Positions 17,857 through 26,326 of a stretch of DNA of 31,520 nucleotides are shown here, piece by piece (the stretch's first letter is position 1; each line of letters opens with the position of its first letter). A program made the position numbers and the translations under genes. The DNA comes from a virus. Lineage: Duplodnaviria; Caudoviricetes. A model generated the notes under the pieces. It made no database searches. It was given only the letters and a program-made list of their open reading frames with translations, and was not told the origin of the DNA. Location of the stretch: IMG/VR virus record IMGVR_UViG_3300042448_001346, positions 1 through 31,520 of that record; one strand, written 5' to 3'.

Positions 17857-20800
17857 ATGAATATAAAAGAAATAGATAAACCTGAAATTAAAAAAGTAGT
17901 AGTAGTTTACGCTGGTAGATTTCAACCCTTCCATAAAGGACATTATGCTACTTATCAGAAATTAGTTTCTAAGTTTGGTGCAAATAATGTTTACATAGGA
18001 ACTTCTAATGATACTTCAGGACCAAAATCTCCTTTTAATTTTAATGAAAAGAAAACTATAATGACTAAAATGTTTGGTATATCTCCAAATAAAATAGTTC
18101 AAGTAAAAAACCCATATGCACCAAAAGAAATTTTAAGTGGTATGGATGGAAAGACTACTGCCTATGTTGCAGCAGTTGGACAAAAAGATGCAGATAGATT
18201 AGCAGGTAAATATTTTAAACCATATAATGGTAAGACTGGATATGGTTATGATGAAATTGGTTATGTTTATGCAGTTCCTGCGGAAGATAACGCTATAAGT
18301 GGAACTGATGTTCGTAATTGGTTAAGTAAAGGCGATGATAAAGATAAACAAAAAGGATTTACGAAAGCATATCCAAAATTTGACAAAGATATATTCAATA
18401 TGATAACAGGTAAATTAAATGAAGAACTATACAAAGGCTACCCTTCAGAAGAACAAGTAAAAGATATCGAAAGAAAAAATAAAGAATTTAGAAATTCACC
18501 TGAATCAACTTCAGATGATGAATATCTTTATGACCCAATTGCAGAATTAATTGGTAGAGCTGCAATGGAAGAAATGTTTGAAGAATTTACTAGAACATAT
18601 TTTAACGAAGAATCTGAAGCAGAGAAAATGGGATTAACCCATTTAGGTGGTGGGTATTATGGTAAAGAGGGGCAACCGGCTACCCACAAATCAGATAATG
18701 GTAAAATTCGTACATTAACTCCAAAAGAAATTGATGCAGTTAAGAAAAAAGCAATGTCTAAAGGGCCTTCCGATGCACCTGTTAACGAACCTAAGCCATC
18801 TCAACCAGGTCAGCCTGTTAATAAAGGAGCAACTGCACAGGGTAAAGTAGATAAGAAAAAAGAAGAACCAACTGCAGATAAAAAAGGTGGAGCAGATACT
18901 GGAAAACAAGCACCTCCTCCTGAGCAAAAATTAAGTGGAGCAGAATTAAAATCTTCTGCCGAAATGACTGATGGGGATAAGAAAAAAGCAGAAGTAAAAG
19001 AGAAATTACACCAAGCTATGGCTGATTTATCAGATGATGAGAAAAAAGCAGCTGAAGATACTAACAACCCTGAATCTGAAACTAGAAAAGGTTGGTATGA
19101 AAAATTAAATGATTGGACTGGAGATAAATTACATAAGGTTGGTAAAGCAGTTGGGCATGTTATTGCACATAAAGTAGACCAATATAAAGAATTTGGTAAA
19201 GGAATGTACTCAATAGCAACTTCAGGTAAATTGGGTACTATTAAAGACGAAAAAACTGGTAAAAAAGTAAATTGGTCTGATTATACTCAAGAAGGTGATA
19301 AGGGGTTTTTTGGAAATATGAAGCCTAAAATGCAAGAAGTTCCTGTTTATAAAAAAGATAGCCATGGACACGATGTACATGACGAAGAAGGTAATCCCGT
19401 TCAAGCTAAAGATTGGAGAGGTAGACCTAAAACTACAAAAGAACCTGTATTCAGAGAAGATTTATCTCCAAGAGAAAAAGCATTAGCAAAGAAATCTTGG
19501 TACGAAAGAAGTGAGCAATTAAAAGGAATAAAAGGAACAGCAATGGATGCCGCTGTTATGTGTGCTAGTATGGCAGTGGCTGGAGCTGGAGTAGGAGCTT
19601 TAGCAGCTAAAGGAATCGGTACAACTGCAAATGTAACCGCATATGCAGGTCAAACCATTGGACAAGCAGCAACACACGGTGCGGCTAGTGCATTTACACA
19701 TGGAGCATTAGGATTTAGTACACATTTAGGTAAAGATATGGTTAAGCATGTTGCGTTTGAATCTGTTGGAGCTGGCGCATTACAAGCAGGTGGTGGTGGT
19801 GCTGTATTGAGCGTTGTAACGGGTGGTATTTTGGAAGCCATAGATGATAAATCAAATCAACCAAATCCACAAGATATGATGATGAACCTAATAAAGAAAA
19901 TAGGTGAGAGAATGGGAACATATAAGATGACCGATGAACAAATGTTGGCATCTATTGAATCATATAAAAAAAACAAACCTGAATCTGATTTAAAAAATGC
20001 AGCAATGGATTTGATGAAAGAGGATATTTCAGAATCAAAACAACAATCAATTCAGAATTTTGTAGAGTTTGCAACTAAAAGATTAAAATTAAAAGAAACA
20101 CCAAATATTACATTAGTTGGTGGTAGAGAGTTTGCAGAAGTAAAAACATCATTGGGTGGATATAATCCAGATGATAAATCAATATATGTAGCAACCGAAG
20201 GTAGATTAACTGCTGATATTTTAAGAACACTTGCACATGAAATGGCTCATAGAAAGCAAGATGAGATGGGATTGGTTACAAATGCAGAAACCGATGGAGC
20301 AGATGGTTCTCCAATAGAAAACAAAGCACATGCAGTAGCTGGAATCTTAATGAGAGAATATGGTAGAATCAACAAACAAATTTATAATGAAGATATCAAT
20401 GTAGATGTTGATAAGGGTGATACTGTTTTAATGGGTAAGTTTAAAAACAAAAAAACTACCGTTAAAGATATTGGAACTGATGACTATGGGATGCCAACAA
20501 TCAACGGAAAGAAAGCAACTACATTCAGAATTCCAAGAGGTGAAGAGAAATCTAATCCACAATCAGTATTCAATGAAGTAGGTCCAAACGATTGGCATTT
20601 TAAAGCAATTATGAAGATGTGGGATACCGCTGGTTCATTTGGTAGAAAGAAAATTGGAGTGGTAGTATGTAACGACCCAAAGGCTGATAGAAACGATGTA
20701 GCTAGAAAGTTAAGAAACTACGGATATAAAGAAGTTACCCATGTTACTGATAAGTTGGGATTAGACGAAAAAAAAAATCTAAATGAATTAACACAAGGTT

Positions 20801-22221
20801 TATTCGCAGGTAAGGTTAAGATAGGCGGACAGCCGGTTGAAATTGAAGTAGAATTATTAGGAGTAGATAATAAAACAAAAGAATTTATAACAAAAGTAAT
20901 TCATATTGATAAAAAATATCAAAGTAAATTACCAATAGGCTCTACATTCAAAATTCCCGCAAGAATATTCAGAATGCCAGGCGGTGGTTGGCACAAAATC
21001 AAATCATCTGCATTTAAAGAATCCCTAAACGAAGGTGGAGCATATGGACATATGTCACATCCATTTGATGATATGGATTTAACTTTTGGTGATTTAAAAA
21101 AGATTATCAAAGGAGCATTAACTGGTAATTTAGAATTGACAAGAGAAAAAACCGATGGACAAGCATTGGCAATTAGTTGGAAGAATGGTAGATTAATTGC
21201 AGCTAGAAATAAATCACATTTACAAAATGCCGGAGCAGGGGCAATGGGAATTGAAGATGTAGCATCAAAGTTTGGTGGTAGAGGTGGATTAACCGATGCA
21301 TATAACTTCGCTATGAAAGATTTATCCGTAGCAATTCAATCACTTTCGGAAGCACAACGAAAAAAGATATTTGATGAAGGAAAATGTTTTATGAATTTGG
21401 AAGTAATATGGCCAACTTCGGTAAATGTAATTCCTTATGGACAGGCTTTATTAGTATTCCATAATACAACTTGTTACGATGAAAAGGGTTCTGCGATTAG
21501 TGCAAATCAGGGAGCAGCAACTATGTTAGCAGGAATGATTAAGCAAGTGAACGCTGATGTTCAATCAAAGTATACAATACAAGGTCCACCTGTAACAGAA
21601 CTACCTAAAAAAGAGGAGTTAAGTTCAAAACAAACAAAGTACCTTACTCAATTACAAAAGATACAATTTCAGTTCCAATTATCCGATAAAGATGGTGTAT
21701 CTGAATATCATCAAGCATGGTGGGAAGATTTTGTAAATAAATCAAAAGTTAAATTACAAAAATTAGAAAAGGAAGCATTAGTAAGAAGATGGGCATTTGG
21801 TGATAAATCATTCCGTTTAAATACTATTGCTGATAAAGATGCTCAAAGTTGGGCAATTGAAAATGATAAAGTAAATGTAGCTAAACAACAAAAAGATAAT
21901 GTTAGACAATTTGAAGAAATATTTTTGGGTGTTGGGGCAGATGTTCTTTCATTTATGGGTTCAGTATTAACTGTAAATCCAGATGCAGCTGTTCGTAGTA
22001 TGAAAGATAGATTAAAATCAACTGCTGAAAAAGTTAGAGGTAGTGGTGATATATCTAAAATAGCTAAATTAAAAATGGAATTAAGTAGATTAGCTAGTAT
22101 TGGTGGTAAAGATAAAATAGTACCAAACGAAGGTATTGTATTTGTTTATAAAGGTAATACATATAAACTAACAGGTACATTTGCACCACTAAATCAGATA
22201 TTAGGTATATTTTACGAATAA
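17857..22221 (+). CDS. Multidomain protein: HxGH nucleotidyltransferase + Gly-zipper region + HExxH metallopeptidase + small modules + ligase-like nucleotidyltransferase (DUF6267-like); putative head-packaged polyprotein
   Basis: GRFQPFHKGH and ISGTDVR (cytidylyltransferase/NMNAT-like); TLAHEMAHRKQ...E; EKTDG, NLEVI, EGIVF and YKLTG (ligase motifs I, III, IV, V); modules separated by LNE/FNE/YNE/ILE/ISE. Confidence 0.8.
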   Translation: MNIKEIDKPEIKKVVVVYAGRFQPFHKGHYATYQKLVSKFGANNVYIGTSNDTSGPKSPFNFNEKKTIMTKMFGISPNKIVQVKNPYAPKEILSGMDGKTTAYVAAVGQKDADRLAGKYFKPYNGKTGYGYDEIGYVYAVPAEDNAISGTDVRNWLSKGDDKDKQKGFTKAYPKFDKDIFNMITGKLNEELYKGYPSEEQVKDIERKNKEFRNSPESTSDDEYLYDPIAELIGRAAMEEMFEEFTRTYFNEESEAEKMGLTHLGGGYYGKEGQPATHKSDNGKIRTLTPKEIDAVKKKAMSKGPSDAPVNEPKPSQPGQPVNKGATAQGKVDKKKEEPTADKKGGADTGKQAPPPEQKLSGAELKSSAEMTDGDKKKAEVKEKLHQAMADLSDDEKKAAEDTNNPESETRKGWYEKLNDWTGDKLHKVGKAVGHVIAHKVDQYKEFGKGMYSIATSGKLGTIKDEKTGKKVNWSDYTQEGDKGFFGNMKPKMQEVPVYKKDSHGHDVHDEEGNPVQAKDWRGRPKTTKEPVFREDLSPREKALAKKSWYERSEQLKGIKGTAMDAAVMCASMAVAGAGVGALAAKGIGTTANVTAYAGQTIGQAATHGAASAFTHGALGFSTHLGKDMVKHVAFESVGAGALQAGGGGAVLSVVTGGILEAIDDKSNQPNPQDMMMNLIKKIGERMGTYKMTDEQMLASIESYKKNKPESDLKNAAMDLMKEDISESKQQSIQNFVEFATKRLKLKETPNITLVGGREFAEVKTSLGGYNPDDKSIYVATEGRLTADILRTLAHEMAHRKQDEMGLVTNAETDGADGSPIENKAHAVAGILMREYGRINKQIYNEDINVDVDKGDTVLMGKFKNKKTTVKDIGTDDYGMPTINGKKATTFRIPRGEEKSNPQSVFNEVGPNDWHFKAIMKMWDTAGSFGRKKIGVVVCNDPKADRNDVARKLRNYGYKEVTHVTDKLGLDEKKNLNELTQGLFAGKVKIGGQPVEIEVELLGVDNKTKEFITKVIHIDKKYQSKLPIGSTFKIPARIFRMPGGGWHKIKSSAFKESLNEGGAYGHMSHPFDDMDLTFGDLKKIIKGALTGNLELTREKTDGQALAISWKNGRLIAARNKSHLQNAGAGAMGIEDVASKFGGRGGLTDAYNFAMKDLSVAIQSLSEAQRKKIFDEGKCFMNLEVIWPTSVNVIPYGQALLVFHNTTCYDEKGSAISANQGAATMLAGMIKQVNADVQSKYTIQGPPVTELPKKEELSSKQTKYLTQLQKIQFQFQLSDKDGVSEYHQAWWEDFVNKSKVKLQKLEKEALVRRWAFGDKSFRLNTIADKDAQSWAIENDKVNVAKQQKDNVRQFEEIFLGVGADVLSFMGSVLTVNPDAAVRSMKDRLKSTAEKVRGSGDISKIAKLKMELSRLASIGGKDKIVPNEGIVFVYKGNTYKLTGTFAPLNQILGIFYE

Positions 22222-22224
22222 AAT

Positions 22225-22244
22225 TATATATATATACATATATA
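22225..22244. repeat. Short (TA)n tract in an intergenic region, possibly a variant promoter box
   Basis: TATATATATATACATATATA between the 1454-aa gene and the 222-aa gene. Confidence 0.4.
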
Positions 22245-22268
22245 AAAGGTTATTAACAATATAGAATT

Positions 22269-22937
22269 ATGACAAAAAGAAAAAGTTTTGATGAGAAATC
22301 AAAGGGGATGCACAAATCTCGTAAATTAATTATAGATACGGTATTTGGTAGAACTGATAACAATCAAAGAGTTCATGGTTACGAAGGAGAAGTAGAACAA
22401 AAGAGAGAAGTCGGTGAAGTGTGGACTGATAAAGATGGTAAAGAGTGGGAGCAAAAAGAAGGATTTAAAATCAACCGTTCTAAAATGGATGATGTTAGAG
22501 AATATCTTTCTAAATTAAACACTTGTTCAGCTGAAAATTGCGAAACTATACAATATGGTAACGCAGATAAAAAATTAATTCGTAAAACAGGATTATGTAC
22601 ATCTTGTTTAGCTAAATTAGAAAGTGAGTTAAGAATAGATGGAACATTTCCATTTTATGAAGATTATAAAATAAGTAGAAATCAACTAGCATATGTTAGA
22701 GATTTAAAAATGAGATTTGAAGATGCTTTAGCAGGAGTTACTAAACAATTTGAATTTGTTAATGAAGATGGTAGCATGAGTAATTGGCAATGGGATATTG
22801 ATTTAGAGAAAGTTAAAGAAGATTTACAAAAAGATATTGATGGAGCTGCCGATGCAATAGAAGCACTATTGGAAAGGAAAGAAGCATTAGAAAATAAGTT
22901 ACGAGAATTAAATCACACAGAATTAATAAAAAACTAA
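22269..22937 (+). CDS. Hypothetical protein with putative Cys4 zinc-binding motif and C-terminal coiled coil
   Basis: 222 aa; CSAENC...LCTSC; heptad-like C-terminus. Confidence 0.7.
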   Translation: MTKRKSFDEKSKGMHKSRKLIIDTVFGRTDNNQRVHGYEGEVEQKREVGEVWTDKDGKEWEQKEGFKINRSKMDDVREYLSKLNTCSAENCETIQYGNADKKLIRKTGLCTSCLAKLESELRIDGTFPFYEDYKISRNQLAYVRDLKMRFEDALAGVTKQFEFVNEDGSMSNWQWDIDLEKVKEDLQKDIDGAADAIEALLERKEALENKLRELNHTELIKN

Positions 22938-22940
22938 ATT

Positions 22941-23588
22941 ATGAAAAAATTCTTAAACATTAAGAACATTGCATTATTAATACTAATTGCAATAGTAGTT
23001 TTCCAACAATGTGGTGGAAACAAAACAAAAACGGGTGAAATTGTAAAAATAGATGGTAAAAAATATGAACTTATTAAACATGAAATTGATACAATTGAAG
23101 TAGTTAAAACGAAAGTAGTAACAAAAAAGGGTGAAGATATCTATCACGAAACAATCGTTGAGAAAGAAGTACTAATCCCAGCAATCATTGATACAGCTGC
23201 ATTATTAAAAGATTATTACTCAAAAGTATTATACAAAGATGTGTTAGTGTTACCTGATTCATTAGGAACTGTATCAGTAATCGATACTATCTCACAAAAC
23301 AAAATATTAGGTAGAACTTTCAATGCAAGTGTTAAACAAAGAACTATTAAAGAAACTACGATTGTAAAAGAATTACCTAAAACAAAATTATTCTACGGAT
23401 TTGAAGGTGGATTTAACAAAGCAGATGTTGTATCTCATGTTGGAATGGGAATTTTAGTAAATACCAAAAAAGATAGAATATACAATTTAGGAATTGGTGT
23501 TGCAAATAGAGTAGTAGATGGAACAAATGGTGGATTGACTCCTTATATTAATGGTGGAGTATATTGGAAGATTAGAATGAAGAAATAA
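22941..23588 (+). CDS. Exported/membrane-anchored protein (possible lipoprotein) with beta-strand C-terminus
   Basis: Basic N-terminus, hydrophobic stretch IALLILIAIVVF, then QQC; C-terminal alternating strands ending GGVYWKIRMKK. Confidence 0.65.
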   Translation: MKKFLNIKNIALLILIAIVVFQQCGGNKTKTGEIVKIDGKKYELIKHEIDTIEVVKTKVVTKKGEDIYHETIVEKEVLIPAIIDTAALLKDYYSKVLYKDVLVLPDSLGTVSVIDTISQNKILGRTFNASVKQRTIKETTIVKELPKTKLFYGFEGGFNKADVVSHVGMGILVNTKKDRIYNLGIGVANRVVDGTNGGLTPYINGGVYWKIRMKK

Positions 23589-23594
23589 TTCAAT

Positions 23595-25202
23595 ATGATT
23601 CAAAATCAGCCAAAAAAGAATCTAAAAGATATCATTGCTGAAGAATATCGTAAGTCTGCAAACGACCCGATATACTTTATGAAAAAATATTGTGTCATCC
23701 AACATCCAACAAGAGGTAAGATACCATTTCATTTGTATCAATTTCAGGAAAATTGTTTAGATGATTTCAAAGATAATAGGTTCAATATAATTTTAAAATC
23801 CCGCCAGTTAGGTTTATCAACTCTATCGGCGGGCTTTATTCTTTGGAAGATGTTATTTAATCAGGACTATAATGCGTTGGTTATTGCAACTAAAGTAACT
23901 GTTGCAAAAAACTTAGTAGAAAAGGTAAGGGTTATGCACGATTTACTTCCAATTTGGTTGAGAGATGGTGGAAGCTCATCCGTTGAAGATAACAAACTTT
24001 CCCTTAAATTAAAAAATGGTTCTCAAGTAAAAGCTATTGCAAGTTCTCCAGATGCAGGTCGTTCTGAAGCCTTATCACTATTGGTAGTAGACGAGGCCGC
24101 ATTCATTAGAGATATTGATGAAATTTGGTTATCGGCACAATCAACCCTATCAACAGGTGGTTCGGCAATCGTATTATCTACACCAAATGGTATTGGTAAT
24201 TGGTTTCATAAAATGTGGGTAGATGGAGAAAGTGGTGCAAATGGTTTTAATTGTATTAACTTACATTGGACTGTACACCCTGAAAGAAATCAACAATGGA
24301 GAGATGAACAAACAAGAATTTTAGGAATTAAAGGAGCAGCACAGGAATGTGATTGTGACTTTGTTGGTTCTGGTGATACTGTAATCGACCCGGCATTATT
24401 GACTTGGTATAAAGATACATATGTGATGGAGCCAATAGAAAAAGCTGGGTTTGATGGGAATCTTTGGAAATGGGAATATCCAAATTACAATAAGTCATAT
24501 ATGGTTGTAGCCGATGTGGCGCGAGGCGATGGAGCCGATTATTCTACTGCCCAAGTATTAGATATTGAAGATTGTACCCAAGTAGCTGAATATAGAGGGA
24601 GATTGGATACAAAGGATTTTGGAAACTTCTTAGTAAGTTTAGCAACTGATTATAATAATGCATTACTTATTATAGAAAATGCCAATGTAGGTTGGTCAGC
24701 AATTCAACAAGTAATTAATAGAGCATATCCTAATTTATTTTATATGAGTAAGGATTTACAATATATTGATACTGAAAAACAAATGAGTAATAGGTATTAC
24801 AGAGATGAAAGAAATATGGTTGCTGGGTTTTCTACAACATCAAAAACCCGTCCTCTTATCATATCTACATTGGATACCTATATGAGAGAAAAAGATATTC
24901 TCATTCGTTCTAGCAGATTGATTGATGAAATGTTTACTTTTATTTGGAGTTCTGGTAGAGCTGAAGCTATGAAAAGTTACAATGATGACTTGATTATGGC
25001 ATTGGGAATTGGACTATGGGTTCGTAACACAGCGCTTAGATTGAAGCAAGAAGGGATTGATTTAACCAAAGCAATGTTGAATTCATCTACGGTTAAATCA
25101 TATGAAGAGGGGGTTTATACTAGCAATTGGCAAAAGGATAATCCATATGAAATGAAAATAGGTAATGGGGAAGTAGAAAATTTGAAGTGGTTGCTTGGAT
25201 AA
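23595..25202 (+). CDS. terL: Terminase large subunit (T4 gp17-like)
   Basis: FHLYQFQ Q-motif, KSRQLGLST, Walker B LLVVDEAAF, STPNG; RNase H-like nuclease DVARG..DYS, IENAN and NDDLIMA. Confidence 0.95.
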   Translation: MIQNQPKKNLKDIIAEEYRKSANDPIYFMKKYCVIQHPTRGKIPFHLYQFQENCLDDFKDNRFNIILKSRQLGLSTLSAGFILWKMLFNQDYNALVIATKVTVAKNLVEKVRVMHDLLPIWLRDGGSSSVEDNKLSLKLKNGSQVKAIASSPDAGRSEALSLLVVDEAAFIRDIDEIWLSAQSTLSTGGSAIVLSTPNGIGNWFHKMWVDGESGANGFNCINLHWTVHPERNQQWRDEQTRILGIKGAAQECDCDFVGSGDTVIDPALLTWYKDTYVMEPIEKAGFDGNLWKWEYPNYNKSYMVVADVARGDGADYSTAQVLDIEDCTQVAEYRGRLDTKDFGNFLVSLATDYNNALLIIENANVGWSAIQQVINRAYPNLFYMSKDLQYIDTEKQMSNRYYRDERNMVAGFSTTSKTRPLIISTLDTYMREKDILIRSSRLIDEMFTFIWSSGRAEAMKSYNDDLIMALGIGLWVRNTALRLKQEGIDLTKAMLNSSTVKSYEEGVYTSNWQKDNPYEMKIGNGEVENLKWLLG

Positions 25203-25214
25203 TCTATATTTATA
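25181..25214 (+). promoter_or_regulatory. Promoter-like element TTTG-N20-TATATTTA(TA)
   Basis: TTTG at 25181-25184, 20-nt spacer, TATATTTATA at 25205-25214, 17 nt before ATG 25232. Confidence 0.6.
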
Positions 25215-25231
25215 TGTTGAAACTCTTATAG

Positions 25232-26272
25232 ATGAACGAAGATTTAGATAAATGGTTTAAAGAAAAGTGGGTAAACATCGGCAAAAAAGTTGATGGTAAA
25301 CATCCACCATGTGGAACTTCGGGAGAAAAGAAAGGTTATGCTAAATGTGTTCCTGCGGCAAAAGCAGCTGGGATGAGTAAAAAAGAAAAAGAAAGTGCAA
25401 CTCGTAGAAAGAGAGATGCACAAAATGATGCAGGAAGAGGTGGTAAAGATAGTAGTGGACAAGGTAAAAAGCCAATATATGTTTCTACTAAACCAAAAAA
25501 TGAAGAATGGAGTGATAAATATAAAAGTAGTATAGATTGCAATAATCCAAAAGGTTTCTCTCAAAAAGCACATTGTGCAGGAAAGAAAAAAAATGAAGAT
25601 ATGAATATAGAAGAAAAACTAAATTTATTTTTAGAAAAGAATTGTCCAACTGACCCGGCAAAGTGGTCGGCATCTAAATCCGCAGCAAAATCTAAATTTG
25701 ATGTTTATCCATCTGCATATGCAAATGGATGGGCTGCAAAGAACTATAAATCAAAAGGTGGTGGTTGGAAAACTTGCAATGAGGGAGAAGCTAACGCATT
25801 ATGTGAAGATTGTTGGGATGGATATAAGCAAGTAGGAATGAAGGATAAAGGTGGAAAGCAAGTTCCAAATTGTGTTCCTATAAGTGAAGATATTGATTCA
25901 GATGATGATGTAAACTATGGTTTAGTTGAACCTGAAGAATATGATGTGGAAGATGAGGATATGGAAGATTTCATTTCTTTTATGAGAGCATATTCTAAAG
26001 ATTTAAGTGAAGCAAATTGTAATTGTGTTTATGAAGCAGAATATCAGGGTAGAAATGTTCAATTGGGTAAACCAATGGCAGGTGATGTTAAGAAATTCAA
26101 AGTTTATGTTAAAAATCCTGCCGGTAATGTTGTTAAAGTAAACTTTGGTCAAAAGGGAGTTAAAATTAAAAAGAATAATCCCGATAGAAGAAGAAGTTTC
26201 AGAGCAAGACACAATTGTGACCAACCAGGACCAAGACATAAAGCAAGATATTGGTCTTGCAGAAAGTGGTAA
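25232..26272 (+). CDS. Multi-module basic protein (DUF5872-like N-terminal and DUF6321-like C-terminal modules); putative head-packaged polyprotein
   Basis: Small phage modules LDKWFKEKWV..CG..KCVP, WSDKYKSSIDCNNPKGFSQKAHC, KFDVYPSAYANGW..YK..GGGW, CWDGYKQVGMK..VPNCVP and KFKVYVKNP..VNFG..SFRARHNC..YWSCRKW, separated by xxE motifs. Confidence 0.7.
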   Translation: MNEDLDKWFKEKWVNIGKKVDGKHPPCGTSGEKKGYAKCVPAAKAAGMSKKEKESATRRKRDAQNDAGRGGKDSSGQGKKPIYVSTKPKNEEWSDKYKSSIDCNNPKGFSQKAHCAGKKKNEDMNIEEKLNLFLEKNCPTDPAKWSASKSAAKSKFDVYPSAYANGWAAKNYKSKGGGWKTCNEGEANALCEDCWDGYKQVGMKDKGGKQVPNCVPISEDIDSDDDVNYGLVEPEEYDVEDEDMEDFISFMRAYSKDLSEANCNCVYEAEYQGRNVQLGKPMAGDVKKFKVYVKNPAGNVVKVNFGQKGVKIKKNNPDRRRSFRARHNCDQPGPRHKARYWSCRKW

Positions 26273-26274
26273 AA

Positions 26275-26308
26275 TTTGGTAATTTCAAAAATTTTACTTA
26301 TCTTTATA
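26275..26308 (+). promoter_or_regulatory. Promoter-like element TTTG-N20-TATCTTTA(TA)
   Basis: TTTG at 26275-26278, 20-nt spacer, TATCTTTATA at 26299-26308, upstream of the portal gene. Confidence 0.6.
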
Positions 26309-26326
26309 AATTAATATAAAATAAAA

